From IMG/VR virus record IMGVR_UViG_3300025390_000003, positions 64,252 to 128,251 of that record: a stretch of DNA of 64,000 bases. One strand, given 5' to 3'. This document shows, in pieces, positions 30,768-40,177 of this stretch. The position numbers were made by a program, and so were the translations under genes. This DNA is from a virus. Its lineage: Duplodnaviria > Caudoviricetes. Every line of letters starts with the position of its first letter. The first letter of the stretch is position 1. Below the pieces are notes generated by a model. It was not told the origin of the DNA. It saw nothing but the letters and a program-made list of their open reading frames with translations, and did no database searches.

Positions 30768-31685
30768 TTAATCTTTTGTAGTAATTACGTTTTTAAAATT
30801 TTGTGTGTTTTTTAATGTATTAGAAACGATTAATGTATCATCAGTAATTTGTGTTTCTGTATTTGTTGTTTGTTGTATATGATATATAAAATCATCATAT
30901 AAAGACCTTCCAACATTATTCCAAAATTTGTTTTTCATAAAAACACAATCCTCATCCAGTTTTTCTATATTTATGATTCGCCTATATTTATAATTTTCTT
31001 GCTTTATAATATTTGTAATTTTAGTAAAAAGTTTATACATATATTCATCTAATATAGGGATTCTTTGCCCCACATAAGAACCATAAACCACCCTTTCATG
31101 TTTTGGGAACTTTATGGTGTCTTTATAAATATGACCAAAATATTCATCATGTTGTATCACATCATCAATTATTAATGGATATATATAATCTCTAGCAAAA
31201 TCCATATCTGTACCATATGCAAGATTATTAGTATGTCTCATATATGATGAGATTTTTTCTTTTATGTTAAAGATATTTGCTGTCCCGCCCCACATACCAG
31301 TTAATATATTACCACTATGTCCTCCAGGATGATCGCGCATAATATGAAATTTTTTAGTTGAACGAATCCAATCTTCAACTGCTGCTGCTTCTCTACTATT
31401 AATAAGAGAATCAGTATCTCTTATTATATATCTATCAACTTCCAAATCATCATTAACCAAAAATCGCCAAAATGTACCTTCGGTATCTTTATTTTCTTCA
31501 CATAAAAATATTTCAGAGCCTAGATTTTTAAGTTCTGATACTACGTCATTAGGAACCGTGTGGTCTATATAAAATCTGGTAATCCAAGATGGATAAATGG
31601 TTCTTGCTAGATGCACATTTTTTATTGCTAATGCATTATATTCTTTATGCGCTCCCCATAAACTAAATGATATTACATTTTTCAT
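30768..31685 (-). CDS. Putative GT-A glycosyltransferase
   Basis: ISFSLWG, FWRFL, IIRDTDS (DxD), HIMRDHP, GMWGG. Confidence 0.7.
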   Translation of the reverse strand: MKNVISFSLWGAHKEYNALAIKNVHLARTIYPSWITRFYIDHTVPNDVVSELKNLGSEIFLCEENKDTEGTFWRFLVNDDLEVDRYIIRDTDSLINSREAAAVEDWIRSTKKFHIMRDHPGGHSGNILTGMWGGTANIFNIKEKISSYMRHTNNLAYGTDMDFARDYIYPLIIDDVIQHDEYFGHIYKDTIKFPKHERVVYGSYVGQRIPILDEYMYKLFTKITNIIKQENYKYRRIINIEKLDEDCVFMKNKFWNNVGRSLYDDFIYHIQQTTNTETQITDDTLIVSNTLKNTQNFKNVITTKD

Positions 31686-32352
31686 CTTTAAATCCAGTCA
31701 ATCTCCTTCTTTGATATGTTTCATAATCTATTTTTTCTAACTTATTATTCCTAATATACAAATCATCAGGATTTTCATTCACATTTGAATATTGAACATG
31801 TTTTATTAATTCCATGTCAAAATATTTAACCTTTCTATTCATTAAAGAAGCTGCGGTAAATTCAGTATCACAATATAAAGATTGGTATTCAGGATTATAA
31901 ATATACCCAAACCTATCATAATATTTCTTACCTATTATAGATAAGGTGTTTAATTTTTCCCCTTGGAACCCATCATTAAACCATAAAACACCATCCATAT
32001 CAGGAAAATTTTCTAACATTTTTTCTTTAATAATAACATCATATCCTGCTTGAATAGGTTGCATATCATCTGATGCTAATAATAATATATCAAATTCAAC
32101 TCCTTCCATATTATTGTTTATCGCAGAAACTTTTGATGCATTTTCACTAAAGAAGTATCTAAGATTTGGATACGAGTCTAATCTTCCTTTAACTTCATCA
32201 TTATTCATAGTTTCATCATCATTATCACAGGAGACTATAAATTCAAAGTTTTCACTTCTCAACATAAAATAATATTCGTCCAACCTAATAAAGAACTTTT
32301 CTGGTCTACTTCTAGTGGGAAATTTAATCAACAATTTCAAGTTATTCAGCAT
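31663..32352 (-). CDS. GT2-like glycosyltransferase
   Basis: IKFPTRSRP, SCDNDD, KVSAIN, LLASDDM, YCDTEF. Confidence 0.82.
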   Translation of the reverse strand: MLNNLKLLIKFPTRSRPEKFFIRLDEYYFMLRSENFEFIVSCDNDDETMNNDEVKGRLDSYPNLRYFFSENASKVSAINNNMEGVEFDILLLASDDMQPIQAGYDVIIKEKMLENFPDMDGVLWFNDGFQGEKLNTLSIIGKKYYDRFGYIYNPEYQSLYCDTEFTAASLMNRKVKYFDMELIKHVQYSNVNENPDDLYIRNNKLEKIDYETYQRRRLTGFKDEKCNII

Positions 32353-33073
32353 ATATATTTACTCCTTTATATTTTAAAATTTCTTTATTATACATTCGTT
32401 CAATAAATCTCCCGTATTTAAACATCTCCTTATTATTATGAGTAGCGGTAGCATCAACATCTATATTACTATCATTATCACCATATTTTAAAGTTCTCCA
32501 AGACATCCCTTCATAATGAGTAAAATATATATCCTGCAATTTAACATTTCCTATTTTAAGTTTTGAATTTTTTATATCTTCAAAAAACGACGCACCAACA
32601 TCATAAATTTTACCATCCACCACATTTGATAATCGGGATTTATCATAAAATTTTATCCCATTATCTTTAATATTTTTAACATTTATAAAACAATGCCAAG
32701 GATGAACTCTATTATACAAAGACTTTCCTCCCCTATCTCCACAAATTTCCCCTAGTAATGTAACATCCATCAATTGAACTTGTGAAAAAATATCTTCATG
32801 AGACTTCAAAAATATAACATCAGTATCCACTAATAACATATATTCTGTTTCACATTTATCGATTAATATATTCACTGAAGGACTATGCAACCCACCATTA
32901 TTTCTTATATACGGAACTTTATATTCTTTTAATAATACTTCAGTATCATCATTTGTGGAATTATCACAAATTAAAACCTTCGTCTCGTCATGATGTGAAA
33001 AAAATGACTTTAACATCGTTATCGTCACATCAGGAGTATTATAAGAACATGAAGCAAGAGTTATATTATTCAT
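32342..33073 (-). CDS. GT2-like glycosyltransferase
   Basis: SYNTP, ICDNSTND, LLVDTDVIF. Confidence 0.82.
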   Translation of the reverse strand: MNNITLASCSYNTPDVTITMLKSFFSHHDETKVLICDNSTNDDTEVLLKEYKVPYIRNNGGLHSPSVNILIDKCETEYMLLVDTDVIFLKSHEDIFSQVQLMDVTLLGEICGDRGGKSLYNRVHPWHCFINVKNIKDNGIKFYDKSRLSNVVDGKIYDVGASFFEDIKNSKLKIGNVKLQDIYFTHYEGMSWRTLKYGDNDSNIDVDATATHNNKEMFKYGRFIERMYNKEILKYKGVNIYAE

Positions 33074-33917
33074 TTTTAGATTTATGTTGTTTAATCCATT
33101 CTATCACATTTTCTTGTGAATCTAAAGGTGTTTGTGCTGGATACTGACCGTTTTTAATACGATATTTTTCTGCATTAGCCCAAACATTATCAATCCACTC
33201 TTTAGTGTTTTTAGATGTTGTGCTGTTTTCAATAGAATCCTTTTGTGGTTCGATATATTTATCACTATTAGCAATATCAGCAAAATACCAAAAAGGTGGA
33301 TGAAACCCTGCCTTTATAGCTTGGTATGTATGGTCCACGTGTTCCCAAGCATTTTTATATTGTTCATCCAAATATCCAATTTTTTCAATTACACTTCTAT
33401 GGTAATAAGAAAACATTCCAGAAATATGCTCATATAACGCAATTTTATATCTATTACCATAATCTAATATCAGCTTGGGATTTGGTTCACTATCCAAAGA
33501 TAATTCATGTCTATTATGTAAATCAAATGAAGTATTCTGTTTATGGTTAAATGGGGTTCCTAGAGCATAATTTAAATGTTTTATTCCTGATATTAGAGAC
33601 ATATTAATATATTCTTGTAATACATCCTTACATAATACGTGCTTAAAAATTATATCATCTTCAATCAAAAATATATGTTCACAACCAGCATCCATTAAAT
33701 ATTGCAACGCTTTATTTTTACTTTTTGCAATACCTAAATTAATTTCATTATCTATTAATTTACCATCAATATGTCTGATCGTTTTTAATTGTTCACCATC
33801 ATTAACAACTACAAGTTTATCATATTTCAATTCAGCAGCAAATATACTTTCAAGACAGCAATATAATGCATGTTCTCTGTTACAAGTCGTAATGCCTATA
33901 CCTATTTTGTTTTTCAT
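33066..33917 (-). CDS. GT2-like glycosyltransferase
   Basis: GITTCNR, VVNDG, NLGIAKSKN, FLIEDD, IGYLDE, WEHVD. Confidence 0.88.
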   Translation of the reverse strand: MKNKIGIGITTCNREHALYCCLESIFAAELKYDKLVVVNDGEQLKTIRHIDGKLIDNEINLGIAKSKNKALQYLMDAGCEHIFLIEDDIIFKHVLCKDVLQEYINMSLISGIKHLNYALGTPFNHKQNTSFDLHNRHELSLDSEPNPKLILDYGNRYKIALYEHISGMFSYYHRSVIEKIGYLDEQYKNAWEHVDHTYQAIKAGFHPPFWYFADIANSDKYIEPQKDSIENSTTSKNTKEWIDNVWANAEKYRIKNGQYPAQTPLDSQENVIEWIKQHKSKNE

Positions 33918-34615
33918 TGCTTTATTCGTTTTAATTCTTCTGTTAATATTTTTAATTCACCCACATTCTCTTCCCAAGGCAAACTTTCATATTTATATAG
34001 GAACCACTGTGAACTATACTCATCTATATTAGGTTTGTCTATAATAATCTTTTGGTGATTAATATCGAACATCCAAGGTGTTGCTTTAAACCCTGATACT
34101 GGCATTAACTTCTTTTTAGCTAATCTGTGAGTATAATCAATAGAACTAGTAAAATCTTTCAACCGAACATCAAAATATCCGACTACTTCGATTGCTCGTC
34201 TTTCAATAACTTCTAATATTAGTTTTTGTCCCATTCCAGTTCCAATATCAATTTTAGCATCACCATAATCAATAGTAGTAACCGCTTTTAGATCACCAAC
34301 AAAATATGGAATGTTGGTTATTTTCATTACTCTTTGATACTCTGATATTAAATTAATCACATCAGTCAAAGACTGTTCTGTAATTTTTTTATCAGGACAC
34401 CATAGAACATTAACACCATATTCCCCTACATAACCTTTACGTAATGCTTCGTTTTTTAATTGTGTTAGGTTTTCATCTCTAGTATATGAAATCACATCAT
34501 ACTCTGTGTTAATACCACTTTTAAACCTATCAAAAATAGTAAATTTAACTTTCGGTAATTGTTCTTGCTTCGTTGTATAATTCAATGCATTTTTCATATA
34601 TATTCTTCTTATCAA
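33914..34615 (-). CDS. Degenerate GT2-like protein (possible paralog of 33066..33917)
   Basis: LKNEALR and VVGYFD...IDYTHR align with the neighbour; no DxD motif. Confidence 0.55.
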   Translation of the reverse strand: MIRRIYMKNALNYTTKQEQLPKVKFTIFDRFKSGINTEYDVISYTRDENLTQLKNEALRKGYVGEYGVNVLWCPDKKITEQSLTDVINLISEYQRVMKITNIPYFVGDLKAVTTIDYGDAKIDIGTGMGQKLILEVIERRAIEVVGYFDVRLKDFTSSIDYTHRLAKKKLMPVSGFKATPWMFDINHQKIIIDKPNIDEYSSQWFLYKYESLPWEENVGELKILTEELKRIKQ

Positions 34616-35645
34616 CCTCTGTATTTAATACGTTTATAAAATCATTCAAGGCTTCATCCACACTTATATTACATTTTTCAATATCTTTCGTTGTTGTGAT
34701 AATATCTTCGTATGTAAATTCTGTCTTGAATTGTAGTGGTTTTAATTGCGTTATTTTAGATATTACCAAATTTAAAGTGTCTTCGTTGAGTTTTTCGTCA
34801 ATTAATAAAGTAACAACATTTCCATTGATACCCTTCTTCAAATCAACAGTCTTTGCTAATATTGAAGTTAGGCTTATTTTGATGTGTTTAGGGGATATTA
34901 AATTTTCAATAAACTCATATTTCATGGTATTGAAATCCAATATGGTTATTCCTTTGGCTTGATTAACTTCTCCAAAATTCTGTTCAAAAGGAGAACCTAA
35001 GTATAAAATTTCTCCGTTATCATAAGTTCTGTGATCCCTAGAATGAAAATGCCCGCTTATTACAGTATTTGCTTTATCTAATAAGTTTGCTGAATCTTCA
35101 CCATGTTCACAAATCTTTACGAAATTTATTTTAAAATTTGTTATCTCAAAATGTCCAAAAATAATATCACTCTTTGGTATATCTTTAACTTCAACTCCCC
35201 AAGGACAAAATGTAAGAGTTTTACCACAATGTTCTATAGTGGTTAATTTATCATATACTGTAATGTTTTCCCATCCATCAAAAGGTTTAAGTGAATGTAT
35301 TATTGAATTGTTTTTATAATAACAACAATGATTTCCAGGTATCATTATAATATTAAAATCCTTAAATTTCTTTAAAAATTCAGTCCCACAATCTAATGTA
35401 GTCTGATTGACTTCCTCTCTATAATGAAAGAAATCCCCACAAAATATAATATCCCGAATTTTTTTGGATTCCAGTGTATCTTTTACCCAATCTGCAAAAT
35501 CCAATGCAATTTTATGCCACACAGGAGAATCCCCATGTAACCCAATATGTAAATCCGAAAATAATGCAACTTTATTCTTCATGGAAAGTTTCGTAAGATT
35601 CGTCGTAAGAATTATCATCACATTCACCCTTAGAATTTTTAGCAA
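34545..35645 (-). CDS. gp47: Recombination nuclease (Mre11/SbcD-like); likely start at MKNKV, 35582
   Basis: SDLHIG, GDFFH, PGNH, GHFE, SGHFH, YLGSP. Confidence 0.93.
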   Translation of the reverse strand: MLKILRVNVMIILTTNLTKLSMKNKVALFSDLHIGLHGDSPVWHKIALDFADWVKDTLESKKIRDIIFCGDFFHYREEVNQTTLDCGTEFLKKFKDFNIIMIPGNHCCYYKNNSIIHSLKPFDGWENITVYDKLTTIEHCGKTLTFCPWGVEVKDIPKSDIIFGHFEITNFKINFVKICEHGEDSANLLDKANTVISGHFHSRDHRTYDNGEILYLGSPFEQNFGEVNQAKGITILDFNTMKYEFIENLISPKHIKISLTSILAKTVDLKKGINGNVVTLLIDEKLNEDTLNLVISKITQLKPLQFKTEFTYEDIITTTKDIEKCNISVDEALNDFINVLNTEVDKKNIYEKCIELYNEARTITES

Positions 35646-36624
35646 AGGGTATTTGTCCTGATTCAGTTAAAAGATTATACACACTTTCCTGATACCTTTT
35701 AATTGTGTCGTGATCTTTCTTCTCTTTTTTAATTCTATTTTGAAATGCTCTAAATGCAACCTTTGTGAAATAAGAAAATGGATTATAGCCGGAATCACAT
35801 TTAAATCGATGTCTAGTTAATGCTGTTACCATCTTAATTACTGCATCACCTATCATCTCTTCTTTGTAGGAATTACCAGAGATATATACACATTCCCCTC
35901 TTCTCGCAATAAAAGTTCCATATCCAGTCTCTGGACACCATATCACACCTTTATAAAATTGATTGCTACAATTAATACCAGACATTCTACATATATTTTC
36001 ATTTCCTATACATGTATCAACTTTTAAATTATCATCTACTACCCCTGAACCTTCACACATTAATACCATACATTCCTTTTCGTTTTGTAAGAAGGTTTCT
36101 ATTGGTTGTATTCCATTTTCCATACTAACAAATTTATGACCAGGAGAAACTAAAGCATCCAATCCATGTGATACCAATTTATACATCAATCCATCATATT
36201 CTATATTAATAAACACACCCTTTACATCACTCCACACGAGATTTTGGTTTTTTATATCATAAGATAAAATTTTATCAGTTTCATCTATATCATCATATCC
36301 AACCCACCCACGTTGAGTTAATGCCTGTGTGTGTTCATCCACACAATAATTTATGAAGTTTTGTGCATACCCCAAACGAGTGGCAATTTTCTGTATCATA
36401 TCTGCCAACTCTCCGCTGAAATATCCAGTTTTATAATATTCTTTAATTTTAAACTCCATTTCACTCGGATCAACATAATTAGTCTTCAACTCTTCCTTCG
36501 TTCTCCGAATTCGTTTTTTTGGCGACATGTGTTCCTTGATATCATCGAAATTATCCTTTTCGTTAGTTATATCAATGAGAACTCCATCCATATATAAATC
36601 ATCTTCTTTTTTATTCTGTTTCAT
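35572..36624 (-). CDS. gp55: Late-transcription sigma factor with intein
   Basis: NYVD, KIATRL...NFINY|...|SYKEEMIGDA, NPFSYFT...AFQNRIKKEKK. Confidence 0.92.
   Translation of the reverse strand: MKQNKKEDDLYMDGVLIDITNEKDNFDDIKEHMSPKKRIRRTKEELKTNYVDPSEMEFKIKEYYKTGYFSGELADMIQKIATRLGYAQNFINYCVDEHTQALTQRGWVGYDDIDETDKILSYDIKNQNLVWSDVKGVFINIEYDGLMYKLVSHGLDALVSPGHKFVSMENGIQPIETFLQNEKECMVLMCEGSGVVDDNLKVDTCIGNENICRMSGINCSNQFYKGVIWCPETGYGTFIARRGECVYISGNSYKEEMIGDAVIKMVTALTRHRFKCDSGYNPFSYFTKVAFRAFQNRIKKEKKDHDTIKRYQESVYNLLTESGQIPFAKNSKGECDDNSYDESYETFHEE
35872..36345 (-). mobile_element. 158-aa mini-intein in gp55
   Basis: NFINY|CVDEHTQALTQRGW...VSPGH...IWCPET...YISGN|SY. Confidence 0.9.
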
Positions 36625-36642
36625 GGGTATTTTTATATTATA

Positions 36643-38103
36643 CTATAAGTTAAATTTATTGCAAGCGGGTTCGTTTAATATCGTTTCTTTTACTGTAATT
36701 TTTTCATTAGCATACAATTCTATTCTTTCTGTATAATGATTAGAACCATATCTTAACATATCCGCAATATCAAATATATATGCCATCACTTTACTAGCAT
36801 GTAATCTCAAACTACGACCCACTGATTGTATAAGTTTGATTTTAGATTTACCTATAGCGGCAAAAATTACATAGTGTAGATTTTTAATATTTACACCAGT
36901 ACTAAAAATAGCTGATATAGCAATACATACAATATCATCATTAGCTTCCATTAATGCTATAATTTTTTTCCTATCTTCAACTTCAACAGAACCTTGAACG
37001 AAATATATCTGTTTCTTTGTATTCTTTTGTAATATATCTAATAAAATTTCTCCGTGAATTATCCGATCTACCATTATCAATATATTCTTATCTACTCTAT
37101 TAACAAGTTTGACAATAATATCATTTCGGAATTTATTATTCTGTAAAAATTGTATTTCATCTTCATACGCTTCAGTTGGATTATCATTAGAAGGTCTTTT
37201 AAAATTATAACTACCATTATAATGTATTTTTAATGCTGATACAATAACTGGAGAAATTTGTTTACGCGATCTAAGTTCTTCTGAAGTTTTTTGATATATA
37301 ATATTTCCAAATATACCAAATATTGTCCAAACATCTATTTTAGTATTTGGTAAAGTTCCCGTAAATCCGAAACGTAATCTTGCTGGTATTTTAGCAACTA
37401 TATCATTTATCTTGTTTGCCTTCTTAAATTTGTGGCACTCATCACATACCAGTAGTTCGATATTTGTCAACCATAAAATATCTTGAATGTCGGATAATAA
37501 TATTTGAGTATTGGTTATTATTATATTTGCTTTTGGTGCTTCTCCTCCAGTCCATTTTTCTAATTCGGATGGATCAATACCATATTCTATAAAATCATTA
37601 TATGTTTGTTCTAATAATCCTATATTTGGAACAATAATTAATGCTTGTGCTTTAAAATTATTTTGTATTGTTTTTATTAAAGTGGCAATTACCAAAGTTT
37701 TCCCTGCTGAAGTTGGTAATATGATTGTACCAAATCCTTCTTTTAATGCACTTTCTATTGATGCTCTTTGGTAATCTCTTAATTCTAAATTTAAACGATG
37801 TAGTTCAGATTTTACTATAGGTGTTTTTATAACATCTTTAAAATCGTCTGTTATTTCTATTTCTAATGGTGTATCTAAACTTTTTAAATAATCTAGAATT
37901 ACATTATACATTCTAGGTTCAAATCTACCTTGTGGTGTTATAGCATATATTCTAGTTGGCATCTTAAAACCAACACTATATCGATTTTTAAATTTTGATG
38001 TTTTATCTTCTACAGAAAAATACTCACGAATGTTCTGGAGATAATCAGATGTAATTATCCCTTTCTTTCTTCCAGAATCGTAATCAATCTTAATTTTTAT
38101 CAT
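36643..38103 (-). CDS. uvsW: SF2 DNA helicase
   Basis: LRDYQ, PTSAGKT, DECH, GFTGT, FSTGVNI, QSVGRSLR. Confidence 0.95.
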   Translation of the reverse strand: MIKIKIDYDSGRKKGIITSDYLQNIREYFSVEDKTSKFKNRYSVGFKMPTRIYAITPQGRFEPRMYNVILDYLKSLDTPLEIEITDDFKDVIKTPIVKSELHRLNLELRDYQRASIESALKEGFGTIILPTSAGKTLVIATLIKTIQNNFKAQALIIVPNIGLLEQTYNDFIEYGIDPSELEKWTGGEAPKANIIITNTQILLSDIQDILWLTNIELLVCDECHKFKKANKINDIVAKIPARLRFGFTGTLPNTKIDVWTIFGIFGNIIYQKTSEELRSRKQISPVIVSALKIHYNGSYNFKRPSNDNPTEAYEDEIQFLQNNKFRNDIIVKLVNRVDKNILIMVDRIIHGEILLDILQKNTKKQIYFVQGSVEVEDRKKIIALMEANDDIVCIAISAIFSTGVNIKNLHYVIFAAIGKSKIKLIQSVGRSLRLHASKVMAYIFDIADMLRYGSNHYTERIELYANEKITVKETILNEPACNKFNL

Positions 38104-38522
38104 TAGGTGGTTTCCAACTTCATAATTTCTATGAGGTTCTTAATTGAGAATGACATATCTCTAAAGTTAGCTTCTATTTTAGTTAGATAATCAATAAGAA
38201 TTTCTTCCTCTACTATACGATCATCAATTTTTCTTACTAGTTCATGATTATCCGCACTTTCATTTAAGTTTTTAACACTTAATCCAACAGGAGATTCTTC
38301 CTTTAATTGTTTATGAACTAATTTAACTGCTTTCTTACGTTGTTTTGTTAAATTTGCTAATTGAGTCTTATGATACATTAATCTACCAACCCAATAATGT
38401 CTCTTACTAGGTAAGTCCATTTGAATATCTTTCATATTAAAGGCATCTATCTTAACTACTTTACCTATTTCAATGTCATATTTCTCTAACATTGTTTGTA
38501 ATACTGGTTCTTGTTCTTCCAT
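38103..38522 (-). CDS. uvsY: Recombination mediator
   Basis: 139-aa helical protein, RDMSFSIKNLIE C-terminal motif, adjacent to uvsW. Confidence 0.85.
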   Translation of the reverse strand: MEEQEPVLQTMLEKYDIEIGKVVKIDAFNMKDIQMDLPSKRHYWVGRLMYHKTQLANLTKQRKKAVKLVHKQLKEESPVGLSVKNLNESADNHELVRKIDDRIVEEEILIDYLTKIEANFRDMSFSIKNLIEIMKLETT

Positions 38523-38535
38523 ATTGTATAATTAC

Positions 38536-38563
38536 ATTATATCACATAATTGAAATAAATCAA
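38536..38563 (-). promoter_or_regulatory. Sigma70-like promoter of uvsY
   Basis: TTGATT-N16-TATAAT with an extended TG. Confidence 0.65.
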
Positions 38564-38635
38564 ATTTATATATGTAATTATTCTCACTATTTATCTAATA
38601 TTATTTCACAAATTAATGTTAAATAGTTGTAATAT

Positions 38636-38875
38636 ATGGAAAAGACTTTTAATGAATTAGTAGAAATTGTATTAAATGAAGATTCTACTACTGCAAATAC
38701 TGGTATGGGTAATACTGGTAATCAATTCTCTGGTGATACATATGCACCAAATGATACAAGATTACCTTCTGTAATAGGTATGTCTAAAAGAAAATTTCCT
38801 GAATTAACAATTCTTGGTACCAAAAACAAAAAGAAACATAAATCTAAGGTAAAAAAGAAACATAAAGGAAAATAA
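38636..38875 (+). CDS. Small putative internal head protein
   Basis: MEKTFNELVEIVLNE N-terminus, Lys-rich tail, TTAAATA upstream. Confidence 0.65.
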   Translation: MEKTFNELVEIVLNEDSTTANTGMGNTGNQFSGDTYAPNDTRLPSVIGMSKRKFPELTILGTKNKKKHKSKVKKKHKGK

Positions 38876-38924
38876 TAACATAAAATATAGTAAATGTAAA
38901 TAGTTTCGTGGGATATAAATTTCT

Positions 38925-39110
38925 TTTCCCTTTTGAAATCTTTCAAAATTATTTATTTTCCATCTCGAAAAAGTCAAATGAAAAATGAAAATAAAATTAT
39001 AACAACAAAAAGGGAAATTGTAAACAGATTTCTGGAACAGAAACTTTTACTTCATTTTGAAACCGTTCAAAAATACTTATTTTCCATCTCGAAAAAGTCA
39101 AATGAAAATC
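38925..39110 (+). repeat. Two imperfect ~60-bp direct repeats, period ~124 bp
   Basis: ttattttccatctcgaaaaagtcaaatgaaaa occurs twice, each preceded by a ttttgaa...ttcaaaa dyad. Confidence 0.85.
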
Positions 39111-39129
39111 AAAAAATAATTTAAAAAAT

Positions 39130-39543
39130 ATGGATTTAGGTCACTGGAAAATTACGGAAGGTGTTGAACTACAGGAAGATACGTTTGGGTTTATTTATTT
39201 AATTACTCGATTAAATTCTAAAAAAGGAGAGAAGAAGTATTATGTAGGGAAGAAGCAAATGTTCTTTAAGACTCGCAAAAAGGCATTGAAAGGGAAGAAA
39301 CGTGTTAGGTTGGGAAAGAAGACTTCAGATTGGCAGACATATTGTGGTAGTTGTAAAGAATTACAAGCAGATATTGTAAAATATGGAGAAAATGAGTTTG
39401 AATTTTCTATAATACGAATATGCAACAGTAAAAGTTCTTTAGCATATGAGGAATTAAAAGAACAAGTATATCGAAAAGTTTTGGAGGATGATGAATATTA
39501 CAATTCTTATATTCAAGTTCGTCTGAATAAAATTAAAACTTGA
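39130..39543 (+). CDS. Small GIY-YIG nuclease (EndoII/DenA-like)
   Basis: GFIYLI...YYVGKK, DWQTYCGS, YEE, YYN. Confidence 0.8.
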   Translation: MDLGHWKITEGVELQEDTFGFIYLITRLNSKKGEKKYYVGKKQMFFKTRKKALKGKKRVRLGKKTSDWQTYCGSCKELQADIVKYGENEFEFSIIRICNSKSSLAYEELKEQVYRKVLEDDEYYNSYIQVRLNKIKT

Positions 39544-39582
39544 AGCTTTTTCAATGTATGTTAAAATCTGTTAAATATACAT

Positions 39583-40176
39583 ATGGAAAATATAAGCCGT
39601 TGCGTTTTTTGCAGTTCAACAAGTTATGGGAAAGGATGTAGGTATAATCCTAGCGGAGTGCATTTTCATCCTGATAATCCTTTAAAATGTTCTTTCTGTG
39701 GTTCGACAAGTTATGGAAAAGGCTGTAAAATCAATCCTTCAAATGATGTGCATATTCATGGTATTGCTTTTAATTCCATGTTAAGAGAGAAAATTACAAA
39801 TACTATGCTTAATCAATTGCTACATCATGAACTCAAACGCCCCTTTACGGACTTCCAAGCATATAAATTAAACCTTATCGATGAAAAGGGTAACAAGATC
39901 AAGGAACCGATTACTGAGGAAGAAATTTTTGCAATGTCGCCTTTTAATAGAACAATCATACAATTAAAAAGATTTATGGGTGTTAAATTGGATTTGATTG
40001 AAGGGATTGCTATTGTCGAAAACGAGAAATTGTTAGACCTTCCAGTTGAAAAATATAAGAAAGTGTTAGAATATGAAGAACGCATCAATACAATTTTTGA
40101 GGATTTTCATACTCTAATCGATCAAGCGGAACGAGAAGGAATATCTTTTGAATTGATTGAAGCATTAATTCGCTAA
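39583..40176 (+). CDS. Tandem Zn-finger repeat fused to a conserved T4-like (gp30.3-like) domain
   Basis: Two CxFCxSTSYGKGCxxNP...HxH repeats; PFTDFQAYKLNLIDEKG...LKR. Confidence 0.65.
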   Translation: MENISRCVFCSSTSYGKGCRYNPSGVHFHPDNPLKCSFCGSTSYGKGCKINPSNDVHIHGIAFNSMLREKITNTMLNQLLHHELKRPFTDFQAYKLNLIDEKGNKIKEPITEEEIFAMSPFNRTIIQLKRFMGVKLDLIEGIAIVENEKLLDLPVEKYKKVLEYEERINTIFEDFHTLIDQAEREGISFELIEALIR

Positions 40177-40177
40177 A

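Noticed and set aside
38925-39110. Possible CRISPR mini-array
   Set aside because: Only two units with a ~124-bp period and no cas genes; the 44020 nuclease is a generic PD-(D/E)XK enzyme.
38933-39124. 63-aa ORF over the repeat
   Set aside because: TTG start, lies across the DNA repeat in shifting frames; probably spurious.
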